Origin: a virus
Length of the DNA: 64,000 nucleotides
IMG/VR virus record: IMGVR_UViG_3300017917_000400
Span: 32,001 to 96,000 of that record
Direction: 5' to 3' (one strand)
Part shown: positions 19,175-26,681 of the stretch, one piece after another
Layout of the letters: each line of letters starts with the position of its first letter
Position numbering within the stretch: the first letter of the stretch is position 1
Notes under the pieces: generated by a model
Databases searched by the model: none
Told to the model about the DNA's origin: nothing
What the model saw: only the letters and a program-made list of their open reading frames with translations
Made by a program: the position numbers and the translations under genes

Positions 19175-21568
19175 TTATACAATGTTTCCAGTGGCTTGTC
19201 TAGTGTATTTGGCTGTCTTGCTTAAGAAATCATTAGCATCAGATTGATGTGATACTAACTGTCCCATGTTCATATTTAACTGATTTAACAAGGTAACCAT
19301 TTCTTTTTCCATTCCCGGACCAAGTGCTGTTGGTGTTTTTAATTCTGGTTTTGGCTGTGTAGTTTGTTTTTCAACTGCTGAACTTAATTTACTAATGCTG
19401 TCATTTAATGTGTTTAAGTTTACATTATTAAGGTCTTTAAATGCAGATGTAGTTACACTGATAGTATCTTTAAGTGTTTTTAATTTGATTACACTTTGAT
19501 CAATACTAGTTCCTACAGATTCAGGTATGGCTAATTTAGAGAAATCGACACTCTTAAGTGCAGTATTAAGTTCGTTAACATCCTTTGACATTTGACCTGT
19601 AACCGCCTGTGCATTAGACGCTGCCTGCATATTTTGGGGAATATTTGCGCCCGCTGTTGGGGTCGCTGGAGCGACAACAGTGTTAGTTCCGCCTGTTTCA
19701 AATGCTTTTCTTGCTTTTAAGAAATCTGGAGTAACCATATCCATTAGATCGTCTGCAAAATAAACAGCGGCACCCGCGGCAGTAGTTCCCATTAATACAT
19801 ATTTGTTTTTCTTGGCGGCGCCCATAATCTTTTGCCACCAACTTGGCTTTTCACCTATTTCTTCTGCACCTTCTTTTAAAATTTTACCAGGTGTAGTTCC
19901 AGGTTTTTCAGGAGTTCCTGGCTTTTTGCTATCAGGCTTGCTAGGTTCAGTTGTTGGTGCAGTTGTTGGGGCTTTACCGTCTCTGTATTTGTCATAGGCC
20001 ATGCCTGCGGCCTTAGCACCTACATAAGTTGCGGCTGCGGCACCCCCAACCTTAATAAGATCGTTAATTAGTACTTTAGCAGTTTCAGCACCAAATAGAG
20101 TTATCATTCTACGTGAGGGATCAATTTCTGCAAACTTGTCAGCGGCTGCCATACCAGCATCGGCAGCCATTTTCATTCCTTTGGCTGTTAAATCTAATGT
20201 GCCTGTTTCAATAAAAGATTTTTTAAACGAATTTTGAATCTGAGTTAATGTTTGATCTAAACCAGCGGCAGCTCTTGTTGGATCTGTTGATTTTAATTTG
20301 TCTGCTTGTTCTTTGGCAGCGGCATCCATGGCTGCATTAGTATCCTGCATACCCTGCATCACTGCTTTACCTAATGCTGGAGTAAAATTACCCATTGTGG
20401 CCATAGAACCCGCAAGTCTACGTTCACCTTCTGTTAACTGTTCGCCTGCTCGACCTGCTTTAGCAAATCCTTCATTCATTCCTCTTACAGCATCTTTACT
20501 ACCGTTGAACAGATCTCTACCCATTTTACCTGCATCAACACCTGCACTGGCCATGGTCATTGTAAAGTTACGTGCTTCTTTAGTTACTGCAACACCGCCA
20601 GATGCTATTAAATCTTTAAAGCCCGCTGCCATTTGACCGGTTGGATCTAATTGATTTAACTGTGCAATCTTAGCGTTGACTGCGGTACGTTCTTCTTCAC
20701 TAAGTTTACCAAGAGCTAGTTTCATTCTAGCATCTCTCTGTGCGGCTTTGTTCTGTTCGTCTAATTGCTGTCTAGATATACCAGTAGCCTTGGCCATCTT
20801 ATCTAGTTCTTCGTTGTACTTGGCGGCACCTTCTGCAACTTCTGCATCGCTCATTGAGCGAAGTCTTCCACTTCTTTGCAGTTGTTCCATGTAACTAGCA
20901 TTATAGTTAGCCAGTTCGTCCATGCTAAAGCCAAGTGAGGCAAATTTCTGTCCAGACTTATCCATGAATTTGCCTTGTATGGAAGCAAATTTATCAGCAC
21001 CTTGGCTGGCTGTACCAAATGCCATAGATAACGTTGTAGAGTTTTCTTTGATTGTACGTGCAAAGATTTCTAAAGGAAGCCTTGCTTCACCGGCTTTTAA
21101 TTGAGCAGTTAGTAATGAGTCGCCTAGATCAATACCTGACTGAGATAACTGTCTAAAAATCTGTACTTGATCGTCAAGAACTCCGCCAAACTGTGTTATT
21201 ACATCACTGACACCTTTAAGATTAGCCAACGGCATTGAAGCCAAGTAGCCAGTAAAGTCTCTAATAGCCGGTGTTGTGTTAGTAAATGCTTTGCCAAATG
21301 TCTGTGCAGTGCCTTGTAGAGCATCGCCGAATACATTTATAGATTCTGTAAAGCCCTTTTCTGCTTGCGCTCCTTTTGCTCTAGCGTCGTCTGCCGCAGT
21401 TTTTGTAGCACCTGCATCACCACCGGCGGGTATACCACTAGGCTTGGCTCCCGATGTTTGACCTGCACCTTTGTTCAACTGCGCCAATATCTGGCGCATT
21501 GTAGATTCTTCGGCGGCTCCTTCAACTAATACTGTACCGTACTGCGGTATGGTGACTTTTATTGCCAT
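19175..21568 (-). CDS. Tape-measure-like protein
   Basis: 797 aa, Ala/Gly/Met-rich helical; LDKMAKATGISRQ; two hydrophobic segments; C-terminal LLNQLN..MGQLV; adjacent to the gp26-like gene. Confidence 0.65.
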   Translation of the reverse strand: MAIKVTIPQYGTVLVEGAAEESTMRQILAQLNKGAGQTSGAKPSGIPAGGDAGATKTAADDARAKGAQAEKGFTESINVFGDALQGTAQTFGKAFTNTTPAIRDFTGYLASMPLANLKGVSDVITQFGGVLDDQVQIFRQLSQSGIDLGDSLLTAQLKAGEARLPLEIFARTIKENSTTLSMAFGTASQGADKFASIQGKFMDKSGQKFASLGFSMDELANYNASYMEQLQRSGRLRSMSDAEVAEGAAKYNEELDKMAKATGISRQQLDEQNKAAQRDARMKLALGKLSEEERTAVNAKIAQLNQLDPTGQMAAGFKDLIASGGVAVTKEARNFTMTMASAGVDAGKMGRDLFNGSKDAVRGMNEGFAKAGRAGEQLTEGERRLAGSMATMGNFTPALGKAVMQGMQDTNAAMDAAAKEQADKLKSTDPTRAAAGLDQTLTQIQNSFKKSFIETGTLDLTAKGMKMAADAGMAAADKFAEIDPSRRMITLFGAETAKVLINDLIKVGGAAAATYVGAKAAGMAYDKYRDGKAPTTAPTTEPSKPDSKKPGTPEKPGTTPGKILKEGAEEIGEKPSWWQKIMGAAKKNKYVLMGTTAAGAAVYFADDLMDMVTPDFLKARKAFETGGTNTVVAPATPTAGANIPQNMQAASNAQAVTGQMSKDVNELNTALKSVDFSKLAIPESVGTSIDQSVIKLKTLKDTISVTTSAFKDLNNVNLNTLNDSISKLSSAVEKQTTQPKPELKTPTALGPGMEKEMVTLLNQLNMNMGQLVSHQSDANDFLSKTAKYTRQATGNIV

Positions 21569-21593
21569 TTATTTTTCCATGAAAAACTGCGTA

Positions 21594-21601
21594 TATAAAT
21601 A
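21594..21601 (+). promoter_or_regulatory. Late promoter TATAAATA for the gp26-like gene
   Basis: Perfect T4 late consensus. Confidence 0.75.
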
Positions 21602-21619
21602 ATAAGACGAGCAGTATAT

Positions 21620-21625
21620 TATTTA
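21620..21625 (-). promoter_or_regulatory. Late promoter TAAATA for the tape measure-portal operon
   Basis: Faces the plus-strand promoter, 18 nt away. Confidence 0.6.
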
Positions 21626-21642
21626 GTGGAGTTAAAAAACAC

Positions 21643-22509
21643 ATGGAAAACCAAGAACAACAAGGAATGAATCCTTTAAAGAAATATTTCAGACAACCAA
21701 AGATATATCTTAAATTACCTAGTAGCGGTAATTTTTATCCCAAGGGTTCAATTGAATTTACACAAAATATGGAATTTCCTGTGTATGCCATGACTGCTAG
21801 AGATGAAATCGCAATTAAAACTCCAGATGCACTAATGAATGGTCAAAGCACAGTTGACGTTATACAAAGTTGCATTCCAAATATTAAAAATGCTTGGATG
21901 ATTCCAAGTATCGACATTGATGCTATTCTTATCGCTATCCGTATTGCTACCTACGGAGAGCAAATTGATCTTGATATCAGTATTCCAAATACCACTATAA
22001 CTAAGACATATACCACAGATCTAAGATTGGCCTTAGATAAACTACTTACTGCTGTCTACGATTCAGAAATTAAAATAAATGATGAATTAACTGCGTTTAT
22101 ACGCCCTATTAACTATGAAGAATTTACTAAAAATTCAATTAAAACCTTAGAGGAACAAAGAATATTCAGCATAGTTAACAGTCAAGAAATGTCAGAACAC
22201 CAAAAAATTGAGCAGTTTAATAAAAGTTTTAAAATTTTAACAGAAATTAATGTTGGTTCTATTGTTAAAAGTATTGTTAAGATTGTTACTCCTGACGGAG
22301 AAGTAACAAATATTGATCATATTAATGAATTTGTCAACAATTCGGACACAGAGTTTTTTAACAAAGTCACAGATCATTTAGAAAAACAACGTGACAAGTT
22401 TACAATGCCTATGTTTAAAATTGTTACTACTCAAGAAGAGCGCGAACAAGGCGCTCCAGACGAATTTGAAACACCAGTATCGTTGGATGCTTCAAATTTT
22501 TTCGCATAA
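21643..22509 (+). CDS. gp26: T4 gp26-like baseplate hub/tail assembly chaperone
   Basis: RQPKIYLKLPSSG; MTARDEI; IDIDAILIAIRIATYGE; ends in NFFA. Confidence 0.8.
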   Translation: MENQEQQGMNPLKKYFRQPKIYLKLPSSGNFYPKGSIEFTQNMEFPVYAMTARDEIAIKTPDALMNGQSTVDVIQSCIPNIKNAWMIPSIDIDAILIAIRIATYGEQIDLDISIPNTTITKTYTTDLRLALDKLLTAVYDSEIKINDELTAFIRPINYEEFTKNSIKTLEEQRIFSIVNSQEMSEHQKIEQFNKSFKILTEINVGSIVKSIVKIVTPDGEVTNIDHINEFVNNSDTEFFNKVTDHLEKQRDKFTMPMFKIVTTQEEREQGAPDEFETPVSLDASNFFA

Positions 22510-22559
22510 AGCTCTTCAACCTTAACCTCGAAGACGCACTGCGAGTCGTTGAAGGGCTT
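22494..22559 (+). promoter_or_regulatory. Programmed -1 ribosomal frameshift signal
   Basis: A_AAT_TTT and T_TTT_TTC slippery heptamers (22494-22503) plus 12-bp stem AAGCTCTTCAAC (22509-22520)/GTTGAAGGGCTT (22548-22559). Confidence 0.75.
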
Positions 22560-22733
22560 GATAAAGAAGTTAAAGCGATTCGTACAGATCTACTAAAAAT
22601 TACCTGGTACATGAGAGGTGGTATCACATTAGATGATGCCTTTGCTCTTACAGTTGAAGATCGTGAGATCATATCAGAGATTATCAAAGATAATCTAGAA
22701 ACTACTAAGAAATCAGGATTACCTTTCTTTTAA
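22500..22733 (+). CDS. gp51-like ORF lacking its own start, probably reached by -1 frameshift from gp26; missing from the ORF track
   Basis: FRIKLFNLNLEDALRVVEGLDKEVKAIRTDLLKITWYMRGGITLDDAFALTVEDREIISEIIKDNLETTKKSGLPFF*; frame opens after TGA at 22467; first ATG only at 22611. Confidence 0.75.
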   Translation, partial: FRIKLFNLNLEDALRVVEGLDKEVKAIRTDLLKITWYMRGGITLDDAFALTVEDREIISEIIKDNLETTKKSGLPFF

Positions 22734-22735
22734 TA

Positions 22736-23176
22736 TTATAGATGAACTGCGTTCATCTGTTCTTCGCTATCGCTCGAACTATTTGTTTCTTTTTAATAAT
22801 AGAGCATTATTAAGTGCGAAGCACTTTAGCATTATCCAGATTGTTCAGTCACACTTTGCCCGCACAGGGCAAAGAAATGAACATTATCCGAGTTGCACAA
22901 TGTCACACAGCAGTAGAGCATTACAGTGGCGGTTGACCGGTACCACGAGCTCCGTCTTCATTCAACGGCGGCATACATTAATCTGCTATCACTAGTGTAT
23001 GCGTGAGGTTTTTCTCCTCTCTTTGGGCCTTTATTCTTTCAAACAGCAAAACTTGGGCAGTTTCAAGTCGTCGTCCTGTTAAGGATAGTTGCTGAGTACT
23101 CTTTACGGCGAGAGATTTCCGTCCCTGCGACCCGCGGTCCAGGTATAAGGGCGCATGAAGTTAGCCTGCGCGAGCT
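22736..23176. ncRNA. ~440-nt non-coding structured element (candidate large ncRNA and/or ssDNA origin)
   Basis: Largest gene-free gap in the window; more GC-rich than its surroundings; at least 10 stems, an H-type pseudoknot and two imperfect direct repeats. Confidence 0.55.
22830..22908. repeat. Imperfect direct repeat pair flanking a hairpin
   Basis: CATTATCCagaTTGttcaGTCACAC (22830-22854) and CATTATCCgagTTGcacaatGTCACAC (22882-22908) around CTTTGCCC-GCACA-GGGCAAAG (22854-22874). Confidence 0.75.
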
Positions 23177-23620
23177 TTAACCGTTTGATTTGGCCTGTGC
23201 TTGCTCTTGAAGACGTTGCCTTAGAATGTTTGAGCCGCCTACTCTGACGTTAATGATACCATTATAGTAATCATCTGTTTCTAATACTCTGCGTTCAAAC
23301 TGTTCTCTTGCCTCTAGATATGACATTTCTGCCTTGGACTTGCAATAATAAAGTATTTCTCTAGTGAATTTTTCTGGACCTAATGCTTGTACATCTGCAT
23401 TTAATCTGTCAGAAGAACCCCAATAGTCGCGCCAATCGCTTTCTACGGTACTTCTTCTTTTAAGTTTACGGCCTTTGAGTGGTGGTTTAGTGCGTTTAAA
23501 CTGTGCTAGTTTTTTGCCTATGTACTTTTGCCCGGTTGTAAGATTGGTTATAAGATAAACAAAACCTATATAACCTTCGGGAATTTCTTCGACTAAACTG
23601 TTTTGATAGTGCCATGACAT
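23177..23620 (-). CDS. Minimal GIY-YIG endonuclease (Seg-like catalytic domain only)
   Basis: GFVYLITN..TGQKYIGKK; YWGSS; FTREIL; E (YLEA); YYN. Confidence 0.85.
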   Translation of the reverse strand: MSWHYQNSLVEEIPEGYIGFVYLITNLTTGQKYIGKKLAQFKRTKPPLKGRKLKRRSTVESDWRDYWGSSDRLNADVQALGPEKFTREILYYCKSKAEMSYLEAREQFERRVLETDDYYNGIINVRVGGSNILRQRLQEQAQAKSNG

Positions 23621-23654
23621 GCACTTATATACCGGTTAGTCACTGCCTGTGTCT

Positions 23655-23855
23655 TTAGTTTTGGTTTTTTTTACGTGAAGCCTGTATTTCCATTCGCCTT
23701 TTTTTACATAGATCTCTAATTGTTCTTAGATATTCTCTTGCCTGTACGCTAGATCCGTGATAGCCGTAACGTTCATATCGTTCGTTCCAGCGAGAGTACT
23801 CAATAAACGCTTTAACTAAAGAGTCGTGAGTGTCGTCTTTGATATCATCAGTCAT
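23655..23855 (-). CDS. Hypothetical helical protein (66 aa)
   Basis: Overlaps the gp46 stop; basic C-terminal helix ARxxLxxIRxLxKxRRxEIQ. Confidence 0.6.
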   Translation of the reverse strand: MTDDIKDDTHDSLVKAFIEYSRWNERYERYGYHGSSVQAREYLRTIRDLCKKRRMEIQASRKKNQN

Positions 23856-25629
23856 AAACTTCTATATCGTTAGCGTAACTAGTGAACCCGTTTTCTTTTA
23901 TTACCTTGAGCACGTTGTTCACTCGACCCACTAATTCATCCCTATGAGAAATTAGATAGATGTTCTTATTGCGTTCACGGCCCATCTTTTTCAAGATTCC
24001 TAAGGAGTTTTCAACTCCTGCGGCGTCCATGCCCGAATCAATAAGTTCATCTATGAATAAGAGATTGATGTTCTGGTATAACGACTCCCAGACATCGCGG
24101 AATGCCCAACTTAATCCTAAGATTAATCGATTCCTTTCTCCTCGTGACAGGTTATCAAAATCTAAGTCCTGCCCGAGTTGGGTTATTTCTACCGTTAGGT
24201 CATTTTGGAATACAACGGTGTGAGGTAGACCCACCTTATCAAGGTAATAAGTGAGACGATTATTCAAATAAGCAAGATTCTGATCAATAATCTTCTTACG
24301 AATAAACGAATCTTTGTTAGTTAACAGTTTTAATAAGAACTCTTGATGTTCCTTCATAGAATTTAAACTGTTAACTGAATCCCAAGACACTTCTTGTAGA
24401 GCAGTATTTTCTAATTCAACAATCTGTTCTTGATAAGTGTCAACTTCGTCTTGTTTATTTTTTAATTGAACTGCAAGACTTTCTAAATTGCTTCGATGAT
24501 TGTATGCTTCGTTTAAGGTGTCGTAGAACGTTGCGGGTCTGCCGTTGATATCTCCAATACTGTCTAATTCTTTGACAATCAACTCTAGGTCCCCTGTGAC
24601 TTTGGACAAGTATATATCTGCATCAACGAGATTTTTTTCTGCCGCTTTAATCATTTCTCCGTGCTTATGATCGTGCAATTCTTGTTCGCAGGCTGGACAA
24701 GTTTTATTTTCTAGTTGTTCAACTTCTTTACGATATTTTTTTACACTTTTATCTGCTTGCATCACAGCAGTTTCTAATGTTGCACGTTCTTTATTAAGAC
24801 TTTTAATCTTTGCTGATTGCTCGTCATAAATTTTAACTAATTCATGTTGTGCAATTTCTTGATCAATGTCTACTTTAGCCAACTCGTCTATAGCACTTTG
24901 AATTTTTGCAATATCTACATCTTTATTTTTCTGCCACACAGATTGTTTTAATTTTAAACTGTTAATACTCTCTTGAATTTTATCGTTAGATTTTTTAACA
25001 GCATCAATTCTTGCACTTTCCTGTGTAATTTCGTCTTTGGTAATACGAATTTGTTCTTTAAGTTCCTCTGCCTTTTCGCTCAACAGAGTAATACCTAACA
25101 GTTGTTCAATAATAACACGTTGATCGTTAGATTTCATACTTAAAAAAGGTTCAGTATATGTGTTCAATGCTACAACGTGTTTGAACATGTCGTGACTTAG
25201 CCCTAATAATTCGTCAATGTCTTTTTGTGTTTCGCGACTATCGCCTTGGCCTTCGTCGTCAACATCTGCGTTTTCCTGTTCTTGTTCGTCTACATAAAAC
25301 TTTAGTACATTAGGTTTACGACCACGTTCAATTCTATACAGTCTTCCGTCTTTTTCAAACTCAACAGTGACTAACATGTTCTTATTGTTAATTTTATTAA
25401 TAAGATTATCTTTTTTGATGTTAGTCAGTGCTTGTCCGTAAAGCGCATAACTTAATGCGTTTACAATAGTGGTCTTACCCGTGCCGTTTCGAGAGCCGGA
25501 ATCGTCACCTCCTTGGTCCAAGTTCTCGCCTAAGACTAGGGTAAGTTGCTCTTTATTAAAATCTACTGCCTGCGTAGCATTACCTACGCTCATAAAATTT
25601 TTAACTGTTAGATCTTTTATTTTTATCAT
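23848..25629 (-). CDS. gp46: Recombination ATPase gp46 (Rad50/SbcC-like)
   Basis: KNFMSVG; Walker A NGTGKTT; zinc hook CPAC; signature LSRGE; Walker B LFIDE; ISH. Confidence 0.95.
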   Translation of the reverse strand: MIKIKDLTVKNFMSVGNATQAVDFNKEQLTLVLGENLDQGGDDSGSRNGTGKTTIVNALSYALYGQALTNIKKDNLINKINNKNMLVTVEFEKDGRLYRIERGRKPNVLKFYVDEQEQENADVDDEGQGDSRETQKDIDELLGLSHDMFKHVVALNTYTEPFLSMKSNDQRVIIEQLLGITLLSEKAEELKEQIRITKDEITQESARIDAVKKSNDKIQESINSLKLKQSVWQKNKDVDIAKIQSAIDELAKVDIDQEIAQHELVKIYDEQSAKIKSLNKERATLETAVMQADKSVKKYRKEVEQLENKTCPACEQELHDHKHGEMIKAAEKNLVDADIYLSKVTGDLELIVKELDSIGDINGRPATFYDTLNEAYNHRSNLESLAVQLKNKQDEVDTYQEQIVELENTALQEVSWDSVNSLNSMKEHQEFLLKLLTNKDSFIRKKIIDQNLAYLNNRLTYYLDKVGLPHTVVFQNDLTVEITQLGQDLDFDNLSRGERNRLILGLSWAFRDVWESLYQNINLLFIDELIDSGMDAAGVENSLGILKKMGRERNKNIYLISHRDELVGRVNNVLKVIKENGFTSYANDIEVYD

Positions 25630-26630
25630 AGATTATTATAGATAGCCAACAGAACTTTAGGATCGTAACTGTCGCTTTGAATACTGGCAATTTGATTGCT
25701 AACAATTTGATCTACACTTTCAAACTGTTGCACGTCTAAGTTAGTGTTAATTTCTACATCTTTCTTTTCAGGTATCAACGTAAGTTCTCTAATATTTTCT
25801 TGCGCCATATACGTTTCTTTAATAAAACTAGCCTCTTCAAAACTAATATCAATATCAATGCCTACTCGTAGATATGTTTTAGGCAGTATTAGTTTTTCAG
25901 AATTATCAATCAACTCGCTGAGCTTTATAGTCTTAAATTTAGGAGCACCCTCCCATATTTTATAAACAGGAGTCTTGCCGTGTTCTAAAATCATCATACC
26001 CCTATCGTCATCCCACGCATCTGCGTAGTTGTGCGGAAAAGCATTTCCAATATAGACAATATTTTGTTTGGCCTGTCGCTTGTGAAAGTGTCCGCTGAAT
26101 ACATATTCGGGATTTTTAAAATGATGTGCTTGTAATTCTCCATGGTCTGGCATCTGCACCATAGCATTCATCATAAACAACGGAAGTTCAAAGTGTCCAA
26201 ATATGTAACGACTCTTTAATTTCTCCATTTTTTTCCACTCGTCACCTACTAGCCACGGAACCATAGTAACATCATCTATAGTAGTAATGTCGCTGACAAT
26301 AGTGACACCCGGTATATGACGTCCCCAATCAACAGAATGTACATCACGTTTATCTTTGTAATATAAATCGTGATTACCTGGGAAGAAATAAAACTGATCA
26401 AATGCTTTGCCTAATTTTTCTAAACTACGAATGCTACTAACCATAGTCAGCATATTTAGGCTGTTACGATTGTGATGCCAGTCGCCTAGAAATATTCCAG
26501 TGTCACAACCTTCTTTTTTGGCTTCGGCAATAAACCAATCTACGAAATCCTCGCAGTCTTGATTGTGTACAGCAGAATTTGATTTTAGTCCAAAGTGTAT
26601 ATCTGTAAAACAGGCTATCTTTTTAAACAT
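25626..26630 (-). CDS. gp47: Recombination nuclease gp47 (Mre11/SbcD-like)
   Basis: DIHFG, LGD, GNHD, GHFE, SGHFH metallophosphoesterase motifs. Confidence 0.95.
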   Translation of the reverse strand: MFKKIACFTDIHFGLKSNSAVHNQDCEDFVDWFIAEAKKEGCDTGIFLGDWHHNRNSLNMLTMVSSIRSLEKLGKAFDQFYFFPGNHDLYYKDKRDVHSVDWGRHIPGVTIVSDITTIDDVTMVPWLVGDEWKKMEKLKSRYIFGHFELPLFMMNAMVQMPDHGELQAHHFKNPEYVFSGHFHKRQAKQNIVYIGNAFPHNYADAWDDDRGMMILEHGKTPVYKIWEGAPKFKTIKLSELIDNSEKLILPKTYLRVGIDIDISFEEASFIKETYMAQENIRELTLIPEKKDVEINTNLDVQQFESVDQIVSNQIASIQSDSYDPKVLLAIYNNL

Positions 26631-26652
26631 TCTTTACCTTTTTGATTGATAT

Positions 26653-26681
26653 AGTGTAACAAATAATTTACTATAGGTCAA
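26653..26681 (-). promoter_or_regulatory. Sigma70-type promoter for gp47/gp46
   Basis: TTGACC-17 nt-TACACT. Confidence 0.6.

Noticed and set aside
411-21461. Many short opposite-strand or alternate-frame ORFs in the track (e.g. 411-629, 6921-7397, 15924-16364, 20298-20636, and similar ones elsewhere)
   Set aside because: They lie fully within well-supported long genes and are explained by codon bias on the coding strand
22427-22687. 86-aa minus-strand ORF
   Set aside because: Antisense shadow of the gp26 end and the gp51-like frame
22830-22908. Mini CRISPR array
   Set aside because: Only two degenerate repeats, the intervening sequence is itself a hairpin, and there are no cas genes in the window
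22783-22995. 70-aa plus-strand ORF inside the structured gap
   Set aside because: TTG start, no SD, atypical composition, and it lies over dense hairpins and repeats; likely spurious
22736-23176. Group I intron, RNase P RNA or tmRNA as the identity of the structured element
   Set aside because: Only weak resemblance (CTCAGCAACTA ... ATAGTT) to the group I P7 region and no interrupted host gene (flanking genes converge); no GAGGAAAGUCC RNase P motif; no tRNA-like ends
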